Source: the human T2T-CHM13v2.0 reference genome, Homo sapiens. Taken from it: a stretch of DNA of 64,000 nucleotides. Below are positions 1 through 13,620 of this stretch, one piece after another; positions within the stretch are counted from its first letter, which is position 1, and each line of letters begins with the position of its first letter. Below the pieces are notes generated by a model. That model searched no databases. It was not told where the DNA came from and saw only the letters and a program-made list of their open reading frames with translations. The stretch is from assembly GCF_009914755.1 (NCBI RefSeq), contig NC_060942.1, one strand, 5' to 3'. The translations under genes and the position numbers were made by a program.

Positions 1-949
1 TTGTTCCTGCAGCTCTGGGGTGGAAATGCCCCATGGGTGTGAGAGTGAAGATTGAGAGGGACCACTTCACAAATGTACTCCCACAGCTACACTCTGAAGC
101 ACCCTTAAGAGCCTGGTGTCCGAGATCTTACAGCCCAATGTGCCAAGTCCTTCTTACAACCCCCAACTTTCCCTTTTTCACTTTAAAGCATTTCACCTGA
201 ATAAACTCAACAGTCTCTCGTCCCCCATTTCCCGTATACCTCATGGTTTCATTTTTCATTTCCTTGCCTGCTGAGCCCAGAACTAATGATGAGTAACTTT
301 AACCAATTTATTGCCAGAGCCTCAAGCATTTCCTCTTTCTTCTGCAAATTCCAAATCTTGGATCAATCAACCATCTGCCTACACCCTGGCTATTGTGGGA
401 TACTGAAAGAAAGCGCATTATTGTGCAAAAATTACAAGATTGCATAAAATGAGCATTTAGGAGAGTGGGAGAGGACCATAAGTAAGTTAAGTACAGGTTA
501 CTTAAAGCATTTTCTATGTCAAGGATCCAGGTTATTCTTTCTGTAAATAATTACAGTGAATCTGGAAGGCAGGAGGCAGGACCTGGAGAGTGGGAGGGGA
601 GAGTTAAGAGTCAACAATCAACCACTCTGAGTCATAAAATCAGAAAGGCATTGAACATTTAGAAGGAGAACTGGCCCCATAAAGAAAACAATGCCTCTTA
701 GTAAGCATATTATCTGCAACAAAGCAAAACAAATTTGCAAGCATCTTATTGAAACTGCTAGGGAGGGAAATCATGAATAGTTTCTGTGGAGCAAGAGATG
801 GAGAATGAAAATTAATAATACAGTGCCTGTTATTACTAATTTGAGATGTGTAAAATGCCACGTATATGACCTTTATTTATTGCATTGTTGCATTTTTCTT
901 GGTTTTGGTCAACATAACCTGATTGAGAAGGTGAGGAACATGGCAGTTG

Positions 950-1080
950 AAGGCCTGGGCTTTGCAGCAAGATAGCCAGGGTTTAATTCTCAGCTCTGTC
1001 ACTCATTATCTGCCTGGGCTCTGGCAAGATTCTGAATCACTGTATACCTCAATTTTCTCGTTTAAGAGTAAAGACTTCTA
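950..1080 (+). mobile_element. MIR SINE fragment
   Basis: gggctttgcagcaagatagccagggtttaattctcagctctgtcact...cctcaattttctcgttt resembles the MIR core; degenerate, boundaries approximate. Confidence 0.6.
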
Positions 1081-1094
1081 TTATTATTTCTCAG

Positions 1095-1300
1095 AGTATT
1101 ACATCGAGCTTACTATATGGTTCATGTATGTTCTAAGGCTTTTACAAATTTTAACACATTTCATCTTCACAGCAGTCCTAGCAGATGGGTACTATTTCAC
1201 AGAAAATTGAGGCACAACAGGTGAATGACTTACACAAGGTCACCCAGCTAGAGGATGGCAGTGTCAGGTTTCCAACCCTGGCAGTGTGACTCCACTGCTT
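1095..1300 (-). mobile_element. MIR SINE
   Basis: acagaaaattgaggcacaacaggtgaatgacttacacaaggtcacccagcta matches the reverse-strand MIR core. Confidence 0.75.
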
Positions 1301-2119
1301 TTATACAGGATGCCCTCCCTCCACCTCTTTTCCTACAAAGTATTGGAGGTAAGGGATGATAGATGAGCTCACAATATTGGCCCATTGCAATCAGGCATCA
1401 CCACCCCACACCACACCTCCCCCTCCCCACTACCCCTTGTCATTTGAAGGTCTTCAGGGAAGCTGGGCAGTGACAGTGAGATCAGCAGCCTTGTCTTGTA
1501 ATGCTCTTTTTCGAAGTGTATTGGGGAATGAAGGGGGTAAAAGGAGGCAGGTGTGGTGTAAGTCATGGTATTATTTCTTATGCAGTAAATCATAAACATA
1601 GTTTTCATTGAGAATAAGGAGCAAGAGGAAATTAAAGGACTTCACAGCCAAAAGACTAAGAGAGTAATTAATGGAGAAAGGTCCCAGAGGAAGCAAAAAA
1701 AAAAAAACTCAACAACATAGATTTAAGAATATACAAAATATAAGGTTCACCCTGCAAAGGTCTGAGAACACCAGGGATGTGAAAAAATATACATAAGTTT
1801 GGAGAACAATGGAAGGTAAATTGAATTATTTCAGTCGAATTGACCTTTCATTACTCAATAAATATTTGTTGAGCCAATGAATAATGTGTTTGTGATCCTA
1901 TACGGAAAAACTATGCCTTTTTAACTTCTGTAGTATCCTTAACATAGTTCTCTAGAATTTGACACTTAATTAGTACCTTTGGATAAGGCTGCTGCTGCTT
2001 CTATAAATGATCTCAGCCTAGACAATTAATTCAGTTGATTCCCTTCAAAAACATACTGATCTACAATCTTTAAATACAAAATGATAGAACCAGAAGGATC
2101 CTTGGAGACCTTCTAATAA

Positions 2120-2447
2120 AATAGGCACAAATAAGCAGTGCACAAGAGGCGTTTTGTCTGCAGACTGCTTTGTTCTATAGCCACTAGTTTTACAAGGCTT
2201 TTAAATAGTTTCTGTATTTAAAAGATAGAAGATTCCTTATGAAAATCTGTACTTGGAGCCTCTGTTGAGAAATTGCATTTTCTAGGAAGGCTGGGCAGCA
2301 AGGAGCTGGAGCTGTGGGACCACCACCCTTCCAGACAGAGTCATTTGCCAGTTGCCAGGACCTCTCCCAAATCCTATCCCTCTGTTACTTGATCATTTCC
2401 ATGATCTTTCCCAACCCTGTAGGCATTTCAGTTTGCGGCACCCACTG
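2120..2447. mobile_element. hAT-Charlie MITE, MER102-like
   Basis: Ends in ccctgtaggcatttcagtttgcg..cccactg, like the MER102 terminus. Confidence 0.5.
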
Positions 2448-2659
2448 GAGCTTTTACATACACAGATACTGAGCCACAGTGTACTGCTAATCTGTGAAAT
2501 GGAGCTGGGGTTCACATTTTTCTGTTTCTCATTGTTGTCACTCTCCTGCAGTCACCCCATTCCCTGATTTCCTTTTGAGATTATACACTAGCATGGCTAT
2601 TCCAGTGGGCCTGATTGTGATATGAGACAAGCTAGGGAATGTAAACGAATCATCATCTA

Positions 2660-2790
2660 AAAGAAAATCTTTGATTATACAATGCATTAGTCAGATCCAC
2701 ACTTAGATTACCATGATCAGTTCTGGTCATCACATTATAAAATAAAATATTGAAACACTTGACAATGCAAAGAGAAAAAGATGAGCTTGA
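2660..2790 (+). mobile_element. L3/CR1 LINE fragment
   Basis: tagtcagatccacacttagattaccatgatcagttctggtcatcacatt resembles the CR1 RT C-terminal motif (LVRPHLEYCVQFW). Confidence 0.55.
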
Positions 2791-4484
2791 TCTTCTGCTA
2801 TGATTATATTGTATTAATGACTTCCTATCATATTACTGGTTTCTGCAGCCTATTAGAGGAAATAAAATGTACTAATATAATGGGAAAGGAGCTAAGAGAA
2901 GAGCCATGTTACTTTTCCAAAGATATTGAAAGGCAATAGAAGGCTCATTTTTTTTCCTTGAAAGTAGATACTGCTTTCCTAATCATGGTAAAATGACTTA
3001 TTAATCAATAAGATTATAAATTTGGGAATTATTTATTCACAGACCAGAGAAAATTATATCAATCAAAAATCAAGATGAAGAGGGAAACGAAAAAGGATTA
3101 AAACAGGACCTTGCATGCTTTTCCAATTGTACAATGTGCCCAGGATATAATTTCACATGATGACATAGTACAGGGAGAAACATAGTTACCAAAGACACTA
3201 ATTCTCTTCAGAAAGAAGTAAACTACTAAAGTATTACAAGCATTCTTGGTAGCACTCAAGATTTGCTGCTATTCCCAGCTCTCTGGCTGTCAATTGGGAT
3301 GGTGAAGTTAAAATGGGATTTAGTTCTTAAATCTTAGGTCTTTTGGCACAAAATGAAGGAGTTTAAGCACTAGCTACAGCTATAATTTGAATATGTCCAG
3401 TTTATATGTTATTTCAAGCAACATGTTTGAATTCAGGCCTTCCAAAGATGCCAACTATAAATACTATTAATGCTTCCCAGAGAAAAATGGATTTCATTTA
3501 CTTGTGTGTTTCATACCTGTCCCATCTCCTCTCTAGATGTAAGGATTATATCATTTTTGTCCTTACATTAAGTGGTAGGCACATACATGTTTATATTTAA
3601 TACTTAACTCATACAAAATTTGCATATATATTTTTATATACCTAATAATAATACATAATGAAACTTGGGCACTTCAGTTTCAGGTTAGAGATGTAGAGAA
3701 TGGGAAAGAACATCACTCCCAAATACAGAAAAAGTAGAGAGGTGGACAAATCACAAATGAATGGCTTTTCCTAAAGCTGTCAAATGTGAGTTCACAGGTC
3801 ACCCAACTGTCCCAAATCATGGGGAGAGACAGGAACCTGCATGAAGAAATAGGACACAAGCATTTGCTTACTTGGAATGGAAGTCACCAAATGCCTAATA
3901 TAAATTGGAAAAAAGATTCAACTAGAAAATGTTAAAGAATTGTTAAAGGTTGCATATAGGTGAGCTAAGAGTGTAAAATTCCTGAGAACGAACACATAGT
4001 AGGGTTTTCACTCTCCTCTAGGAATCCCACCTGTCATTTATAGGGAGCATGGGGAGAATCCAGAAAGAGCTTCCCTTTTGGCACATGATGGTGGAGGGGA
4101 ACAGCAACTACCAAAACACCACCTCGTCCAGTTCTTCTGACTAGCCAAGTGCCTTAATCTTCAGTGGAAGGATCAAAAAAACTGCTTGAGAGTGTAGGTG
4201 AAAGCGGGAAAAGCAACTACATTGAAAATACAATGAGAATCATCTTCCCTGGGAGGCAGCCTTAAACAGAAGGGGGGAAAGAGCAACAAAAGCTGAAGCC
4301 TGAGAAAAACCCGCAGTAATTGGGAAAGCAGAGTAAGAAAAAGAGATCTACCCCAGGGAAGAGAAAAATGCATGCTAGGCACAGCATTAAAATATAGTGA
4401 AGAAAGCAAAGAAAAACAAACACACACAAAACTAGGAACTCAGAATTCTCCATTCAGTGCAACAATTCTTCAAAAGAGAAAGAA

Positions 4485-4716
4485 GGCCAGGAATAATGGC
4501 TCACTCCTGTAGGCTCAGCACTGAGGGAGGCCGAGGCAGGAGGATGTCATAAGCCCATGACTTCAAGACTAGCCTGGGCAACATAGTGAGATCCCATAGC
4601 TACAAAGAAATAAAAAGCCCTGTGTGGTGATGTGTGCTTCTGGTCCCAGCTACTTGAGAGGCTGAGGTGGGAGGATCGCTTGAGCCTGAGAGGTTGAGGC
4701 TGCAATAAGCCATGAT
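4485..4716 (+). mobile_element. AluJ, 5' part (broken at ...gccatgat by the inversion)
   Basis: Left arm and most of the right arm with AluJ diagnostics (ggaggatcgcttgagcc, gaggctgca); stops abruptly at 4716. Confidence 0.9.
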
Positions 4717-4969
4717 AAGCATTCAATACTTTGTTGGTAATTTTTGCCTTAATTTGTCCTTTATCTTTGGAGTAATAAAAATAAGGAAAAACTGATTTTA
4801 TTTTACCTTCATTTAATTCATTTCTGATACTTCTTATCTCTTTACAGAGATCCAATTTCTGACCTATATTATTTCCTTTTGCCTATCACACACTCCCTTT
4901 AACATTTCTTATAGATTAAGTCTGCTAACAATTCATTCCCTACATTTTTGTTCATTAAAATATCCTCTT

Positions 4970-5279
<310 letters not shown>

Positions 5280-5280
5280 T

Positions 5281-5325
5281 CAACAAGGTTTCACTTTGTC
5301 ACCCAGGCTGGAGTGCAGTGGCACG
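5281..5325 (-). mobile_element. 3' end of the AluJ at 4485, displaced and inverted
   Basis: Reverse complement cgtgccactgcactccagcctgggtgacaaagtgaaaccttgttg continues exactly from ...gccatgat at 4716. Confidence 0.9.
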
Positions 5326-6801
5326 AAGTATTGAATGTCTATAGCATATATAATAGTAAAATATGTGATAGTAATAACAGGAGGATGGAGGAAGAATTAG
5401 AAATAGTTTTAAGGTCCTTTTACTACAAGTGAAGCCATATTATATTATTTGAAATAGATTCAGTTTATTTTAAAATCTATACTGCTAACTCTTGGACAAC
5501 TAAAAAAGAATTTCTAAAAATATTTATGTCAATAGAGAATCTTTAAAAAGCTCAGTTAATCTCAGAGAAAACAAAAAAAGAAAAAAGGAAAAAGAAGAAA
5601 AAAGAAACACCTATACCTAGCAAGATGGTATATTTTAATCTAGCAATATCAATAACTACTTAAAATGTAAATGGTCTAACCCCCAGTTAAAAAACATATT
5701 GACAGATTAAATTTAAAAGGACAACTTAGCTATATGCTTCTACAAGAAAACCACTTAAAATAAAGACATATATAGGATAAAAATAAAGGATGGAAATAGA
5801 TATATAATGAAAACATTAGTGAAAAGAGAGACATTACATATTGATAAAGGGTAAATTCCCCACGAAGACATGAATATTTTAAATGTGTATCCACATTTAG
5901 CTTTAAAATGCATGAAGCAAAAACTGTTAAATCTGTAAGAAGAAAATTTGCAATTAAGGTTGGAGCCTTCAATACTCATCTCTCGGTAAATGACAGAACA
6001 AGTAAGCAGAAAATCAGTCAGGTTACAGATGACATAAACAACACTAGCTACCAACTTGATCTAATTAATGTTTGTAGCATACTTCACACAAGCAGAATCC
6101 ACATTCTTTTCAAGTGCACATGGAACATTTAACAAGAGAGAGCATGCTCTGGATCATAAAACATACCATAAGAAACTTGAAAAAATAGAAATGATACAAG
6201 GCATGTGTTTAAACCATAATAAAAATAATCTAGAAGTCAACATCAGAAGGAAATTTGTAAAACCTCCAAAAATTTGGAAAACAAACAACACACTTCTAAA
6301 TAACTTGTAGATGAAGAGAAATTCTCAAGAGAAAATTTTTAAAAAATATTTTGAACTAAATGAAATTTTAACCACAACATCAAAATTTGTGGGATTCAGC
6401 TAAAGCAGTACTTAGGGAAAAAGTATAGCATGAATTGCTTGTATTAGAAAAGAAGAAAGATCTAAAATCAGTAACCTAAACTTCCACTTTAAGAGATTAG
6501 CGAAAGTAGAGCAAATTAAACACACAGCAATCAGAAGCTTGGAAATAATAACGTCAGAGCAAAAATCAATAACATTTAAACAGAAAAAACAATAAAATCA
6601 ATACAACCAAAAGCAAATTCTTAGAAAATGTTAAGAATTGATGAACCTCTGTTCAGGCTGAAAAGAGGGGGGAAAAGACAAAAAGACACAAATTATCAGT
6701 ACAGGCATCACTGCTCTCCAGAGATATTAACCAAGATATTAATAAGATATTAAATAACTACTATGAGCAAATCTAACCTGGCAATTAAATGGAAAAAAAA
6801 C

Positions 6802-7097
6802 TTTTTTTTTTTTTTGAGAGGGAGTCTCTCTCTGTCGCCCAGACTGGAGTGCAGTGGCGCGATCTTGGCTCACTGCAAGCTCTGCCTCCTGGGTTCACGC
6901 CATTCTCCTGCCTCAGTCTCCTGAGTAGCTGGGACTACAGGTGCCCGCCACCACGCCCAGCTAATTTTTTTGTATTTTCAGTAGACACGGGGTTTCACCG
7001 TGTTAGCCAGTATGGTCTCGATCTCCTGACCTCATGATCCGCCCGCCTCAGCCTCCCAAAGTGCTGGGATTACAGGCGTGAGCCACCATGCCCGGCC
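6802..7097 (-). mobile_element. AluY
   Basis: actgcaagctc, ttcacgccattctcc and ccgtgttagcca diagnostics; TSD aaaaaaactttt on both sides. Confidence 0.95.
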
Positions 7098-8519
7098 AAA
7101 AAAACTTTTTAAAAGAGATTATCCACAACAACTCACTCAAGAGGAATTAGATAACATAATAGTCTTAAAATTCTATTTTATAAATCGAATTAGTAGTTAC
7201 AAACCTTCCAAAAAATAAAACTGCCAATCCAGATGACTTTCCTAGTGAATTCCAACAAACATGTCAGGAAGAAATAATGGCAATTCTACAGAGTCTCTTC
7301 CTGAAGATGAAAGAGAAAGGAGTACTCTCCAACTCGTTTTATGAGGTCAACATTACACTGCAAGGTAAATATGTTACAAGAAAAGAAAATTACAGACCAG
7401 TAGTCTTCATGTACATGTACATTAAAATCCTTGATATTAGCACACAAAATCCAGCAATACAAAAAGATGATGAATCATGACCAAGTACAGTTTGTCCCAG
7501 TCATGCAAGGTTGGTTTAATGTGTAAAAACCAGTGTATCACAATTCACTCATATTAACATACTAAAAGAGAAAAAATTATGATTATCTTAGTTTATATAG
7601 AAAAAAATTGTCAAAAGCCCATGTTCATTTCTATTAGATACTCTTGACAAATAAAGTATATAAAGTACTTTTGACCAATAATTTATATAAAAAACTGGCT
7701 TCTAACGTTATACTTAATGGTGGCAAACTGTATACTTTTAAGATGAGAAATAATGCAAGTATATCTGTCTTCTAGTCACCTAATTTTTTTTTCTTTTTTT
7801 TGCTGAAGTCTTTACCAATTGACATAAAGCAACACAAAGAAAACATACCCAAATTGGAAAGGAAGAAGTAAATAGATATTATCTATACAAATTACACTGC
7901 ATATAAAATAAAGCTAATAGAACTAATATGTGAGTTTAGCAAAGTAAGAGAATACAAGGATGGCATACGTAGGTGAGTTATAATTCTACATAGTAGCAAT
8001 AAACAATGAGAGATTAAAATGTATAGCATTATTTACAATAGCATCAAAGAACACAGTACTTAGGGATAAATCTTACAAAAGATATGTGAGATCTGTATAT
8101 TAAAAATTAAACGTATATGTATATATTTGTTGAAGTAAATTGAAGAAGAAATTGCTGACGAAATTAAAGTAAGCCTAAATAAATGGAGATATACACCATC
8201 TTTTTGAGTCAGAAGACTCAATAATATTAAGGTATCAATTATCTCTAAACTGCTCTATTGATTCAAACCAATCCCAATAAAACTATCAGTGGGATTGTCA
8301 ATTGAAGTTAACAAGCTGATTCAGAAGCTCATATGGAAATGCAAAGGACCTAGAAAATTAGGCAAAAAATATTTTTGAAAAGGAAGAGTGCTTGAGAATT
8401 AACACTACCTGACTTCAAAATTTATTCAAAACTCTGGTAATCAAGGGAGCATGGTATTTTTGTAATGATAGAAAAATAGATCAATGGAGTAGAATATGGA
8501 GTTCAGAAATAGTCCAGCA

Positions 8520-8521
8520 TA

Positions 8522-8554
<33 letters not shown>

Positions 8555-8590
8555 GTATACTATATATGTGCATATATGTATATATAACTG
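8520..8590. repeat. (TG)n(TA)n compound microsatellite
   Basis: Directly visible. Confidence 0.9.
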
Positions 8591-10317
8591 ATTTTCAGTA
8601 AAAATGCAAAGGACATTCATAGAGAAAAAAATCTTTTTATAAGACAATCTGGAACAATTGGATATCCATATGCAAAGCAAAATGAAGTTTGATTCATACC
8701 CCCAAAGAGATAAAAAATTTTAATTAAAAATAGATCATTGATCTCAATGTAGAACTTAAAACTACAATGTCTAGAAGCAAACTTAGGACAAAATCTTTAT
8801 GACCTTTAGTTAAGCAAAGATTTCTTTGTTATCCCACCTAAAGCATGATCCATTGGGGGAAAAAAAGGATAAACAGAAGTTTGTAATTTTAAAAAAATAT
8901 TTTCTTTGAAAGATACTGGGAAGAAAAGAGATAAGCCCCAGACTGGAAGAAAATATTAATTTATATAATAAATGATTGATATCTAAGATATGTGAATACA
9001 AAAGTTCCAATGAAATATATAAAAGTCCTGAAAGGATTTGAACAGACATTTTTCCATAGAAGACATATAGATGGTGATATTTGACATCACTGAAAATTAA
9101 AACTACTAGACGATACCCCTATGTACCTCTTAGAATAACTAAAATTAAAAAGACTGACCATTCCATATGTTGCAAGAATATGGAGAAATTAGAATTCACA
9201 TACACTGCTCATGGGAATGAAAATTGGTACAACCACTTTGGAAAGCAAGTATGGCAATTTCTTAAAATTATCATACACTTACCATATCATCCAGCCATTC
9301 TAGTCCTAGGTATTTTGTAAAGGTAAATGAATGTTTATGGTCATACAAAAACTTAGACAAGAATGTTCAGAATGCTGTATTTGTAATAGCCTCCAACTAG
9401 AAAGAAACACCAACACTTGAATGTAAAAACAAAATGTTACTCAACAATAAAAAAGGAAGTGAACTTATGTGCAGCAACACTGATGATTTTAAAAAGAATA
9501 ATGCAGAGTGAAAGAGACCAGACCAGAAAAGAGAATACACTGTATCATTCAATTTATATAAATTATATAAAATTCAACGTTATCTATAGCAGTAAAAAGC
9601 AGATCAGTGTTTGCCTGAGGATGGAGGTCGGGAGAAGGGAGGAGAGGGAGAGACAGACTATAAATGGGTATGAGAGAATTGGGGGATAATGGATATGCTC
9701 ATTATCTTGATTGTGGCAATGGTTTCATAAGTGTATACATATCTCAATTCTTATTAAATACTATACTTTTATATATGCAATTACTTCTACATCAATTATA
9801 ACTTTAATGATTTCTTTTAAAGATCTTTTTATGAGCTCCTGGTAGGCGCCACCTCTGTGTCTCTCCTGGGGTGTGGTTGGAGAAAGAAAATATACAAAAG
9901 ACAATGTGCTCCCCTGTTAGCTCAGAGATAGTTTTCAACATACTCAGTGAGTTGGAGAGGATAGTTATGAGGTCCATAAAGGCAGTCTATGTAAGATCAT
10001 TCGAGGGTTTTTTTTTTTTCTTGTTTTTATCACAGTTCCACCCTAATGGACCATAGCTTGTATACTCATTTTCCTGGGCAGAATAGACTCTGAGATTATT
10101 CTGCTTTAGTTAGCATTTTGTTTTTACATTCAAGTGTTGATATTTTTTTCCAGTTTTTTTCCTTTGGACAGTAGATGATATTGAAAGTTCTTTAAAATAT
10201 CAGAACTTCTTTGAAAAAAAAAAAACACCTTCAAATGGTTAACAATAAATACATGCTGGATTCTGAGCAGAAATATAGAGAAAATTAAACATTAGGCTGT
10301 ACTTTGGTTTACTTCTT

Positions 10318-10765
10318 TGTAACCAAAAGTCAAGTAGCACTAGATACTGACCATTTTCACCTCCACTGTTCCTATACATAGGATCACTGATGTTAGAATC
10401 ATTAAGCTTTTTTAAAAGAATTGCTTAAGATGTTCCTCACATCCTGAATTCTAGCAGAATAATTGATGCCGACTAGTTGGAAGACCCCCACAGAGAAATG
10501 GATTCGGCATGAAAGTGAATGCAGTTTCTTCTTGTCCCAGTCCCAGACTTCCCCTGCACTCTTCCACTAATCAATGGTCCCCACATTTTGGCCCTCTCCA
10601 AACTCCTTAAAATTTCTATCCTCAAACTCCTCAAGGAGGCGAATTTGAGGTTTCCTCTAGTTTCCTCATCCGGCTGCCCTGTGATTATTAAACTCATTCT
10701 CTGCTGTAATCCCTGGTGTCTCAGTATATTGACTTACTGCACACTGGTAAAATTAACCTCTTACA
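10318..10765 (+). mobile_element. ERV1 solo LTR, MER39/MER34 group
   Basis: TGT...ACA termini; gaagacccccacagag, attaaactc.ttctctgctg and ggtgtctcagt motifs. Confidence 0.75.
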
Positions 10766-10914
10766 AAAATGCCTGGTAACAATGTCAATCTAGAGGATTA
10801 TTTTTCTCAGAAATGGTGATGAAAAATTCTAACCAATAACACTAATCACCGATAATAATAATAATAAAGCTGATGATAACATTAATTATGGTAATAAGGA
10901 GAATAATAATAGTA

Positions 10915-11055
10915 ATTTATCAGAAAGCCAGATACTATTTGTAAGTACTTCTGATTTTTTATCCTCAATACATGCTTATGAGGTAATTAATATCCCCATA
11001 TTCAGGTAAGAAACCGTGGTATCGTGAGCTTAACGTCTTGTTGAGGGGTACATGG
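10915..11055 (-). mobile_element. MIR fragment
   Basis: atcctcaa..atgaggta..atccccat.ttcag.taagaaac core. Confidence 0.5.
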
Positions 11056-11084
11056 AGAGTTTTTTGCCTTCTTGGTATCTGGTA

Positions 11085-11560
11085 GGTAGTAATTGTCAGC
11101 CAGCATAGTGATGGGAAAGAACATATCCAATGCATTCTATTGTGGAGGAACTATTTATATAGCATTGTGGTAAGGGTTAAAGAAATCAGCTAAGGATGGT
11201 GAAATGCCCAGAGACTACAAAGTATGGGAAACTCTAAGCCATCACAAACCCTGAACGGTCAAGGGGAGAAATCGTCTTATCAAAATATAGAGAAAGTTTG
11301 GTGTCAGCAGAGATAAAATAACCACTAGGAGATAACATAGATAGCAGTTGTAGTTAGAACCACAGTGAGGCAGGTAAAGAGGGAGCCCAGGAGGAGGTGG
11401 TAAAATCAGTATCTAGATCTTTTTTTCTCTTTGCTTATGATCTCCTGTTGTGTTCCTATTGTCAAAATCAACTAGACACCAGAGAATAAAGTGTCCCAGG
11501 GGATAAAGTTCATAGATATCTCAGGCATAAGACAGGATAAAGAAGAATGCATCTGGCAGT
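11085..11560 (-). mobile_element. Ancient ERVL LTR (LTR33-like), probable 3' LTR of the adjacent ERVL
   Basis: tgatctcctg..tcctattg.caaaatcaactagacaccagag..gcatctgg resembles LTR33; abuts ERVL internal sequence. Confidence 0.5.
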
Positions 11561-13620
11561 ATCTTCCTCATTTGGAAGAAGAAACTTGCCTCCTTATACA
11601 GGTGAAACTATATTGTCACCATTGTGTCAATAAAGTTATTCTCACATATGAAACCCAAATTATAATGTATACTTCATGAAATGTCACATGCATTAATTGA
11701 CCTAAAATATAGCTGCTCCAGTCACCTCTTCTGCATATGGTCAAAGGCCAAGGTGGATAATTACAGCTTTTTTCATCTTTTCCATGTCCCTTTACTCTCA
11801 AACAACACTTAAGCTTCTTGAAAACTTTTACTTGGTAGAGTAACCCAAAAGTGTCCACATGATCCTTAGTGTTCCTGTTGTTATGGATTTGCTAGTGCTT
11901 CCTCTTACTCAGAAATGCTCTCAGAGTATTATGAGATATCCTAGTAAATATCCTGGATTCTGATAGTAGTTCTCCTTGCGCAAATTGTACGATATCAGAA
12001 TAATAAAGAGGATCAGCCATGCTAACCACTAAAATAACCCCATATCTGTTTGTTTAACAGTATAAAAATCCAAAAATGTCATTAGTTCCCTTAGCTTCCA
12101 ATTTAACAGAAACATGAAGGGTTTCATTTCCTGGGGAAAGGGGTCTTTCCTTGGCAAGAGGACCTCCAAACACACAAGACACAAGTACTTGCAGGTGGGG
12201 AAGCAACAAAATACCATGGACTGGTTGGCTTATAAACAACAGAAATTTTTTTCTCAGAGTTCTGGAGGCTGGAAGTCCAAGATCAAGGCACCAATAGATT
12301 CAATATTGGTGAAGACCACTTTCTGTTCATAGGTGGTGTCTTCTTGTGTTTTCAAATGGTGGAAGGCACTAGCTAGCTTTCTGCAGTTTCTTTTATATAA
12401 TGGATATAACAAGTGAGCCACTTTCCTGCCAAACCTGTATTCACAGAGATGCATAATATAGTTATGGAGGAAAACACATTATATATTTCCTTTTAAGTCA
12501 TCCATTGGATTCTTTGGACAGCCCTTCAATCTTACAAAGTGTTCTGCCCCAGAAGGTGTAATCAGGGAGGCTTCAGAAGTTCATTTCACGTTTCTGTTAA
12601 GCCAGATACGTCTGGCAAATGGAGCACTGTGTAAGACAAATGAATTTCATGGAATAAGCCAACTGCCACATTTTCTTCACCATACAATTAGTTCTTTGGT
12701 CTGATGTGATGTTATATGAGATAGCATGGTAAAGAATAAGATAAAGCCCAAAAATAGTCTTTCCCACATAAGCATTGCAGGCAAGAAAGGCAAATCCATA
12801 TCCAGAAAATGAATCTATTCTCAAGATGATAAATTGCTACTTGCTCCATGATTAACAGAGGTCCAGTGTAATCTATCTGCCACTGAGTGGTTGGCTCACC
12901 CTTCAGGGGAAATGGTACTATGTCAGGAACTCAGTGTCAGTCATTATCATTGGGTAGTTAACAGTCAGCAGTGGTGGCATTCAGATCACTGTAGATGATA
13001 GAATATGCATATTTTTGAGCCCATGCATAGTCTCCATCTGTGGCAATGAGCTCTTTCCACTTTGAATTATTGAACAAATGAGATAGTTGTGGAAATCAAC
13101 TGATTGACATCCACAGGATGAATCATTATATTCATAACTATTGAGACATCCCTGTGTAATTGATGCTCTAAGGAGGGCATTTACTTACATGAGATAGAAG
13201 TATATTTATCTTCTCTTTCAAGTTTGCTGCATATGTCCACACATCTCTGATGAACTTTCTCATCACTAATCTTTCCCTCTTATTCTTTCCAAATCTCTAA
13301 GGAGCTGGCCAGCTGCCTAATCACTGCCTATTAATGGATGTAGATTATACCTCTAACCACCTCTCCTTTCATAAAAAGTGGACAATCTGATGCACTGTCT
13401 AAAGATCTACCTGGAGGGAGAATTTTTCTTCATCACTGTCTTTCTGAGCCACTCCTTCATTGGACCTGAAATGCAGTAGTCACTCACTTCTGCTGTTGAT
13501 GTTGTACCATCTGTATACTCAAGATGCATCTTTAAACTAGGCCTGTGGTTTTTCCTTCTCTGTTAAATGGTCCTAAGGGAACTCTCCCAAGTGGCCATAA
13601 GTGTGGTTGAATAAGAGTAA
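11560..13620 (-). mobile_element. Degraded ERVL internal region (RNase H, integrase, dUTPase remnants)
   Basis: ORF 12597-12824 IDSFSGYGFAF..ITSDQRT is the ERVL integrase core; ORF 12029-12217 LEVLLP..LLNWKLR is the ERVL dUTPase. Confidence 0.85.
12200..12410 (-). mobile_element. MaLR LTR fragment (MLT1A/MST-like) inserted in the ERVL
   Basis: aacaaaataccat..ggcttataaacaacagaaattt..cagagttctggaggctggaagtccaagatcaagg. Confidence 0.8.

Noticed and set aside
9841-9862. CTCF-like ggcgccacctctg
   Set aside because: Only half of the core matches
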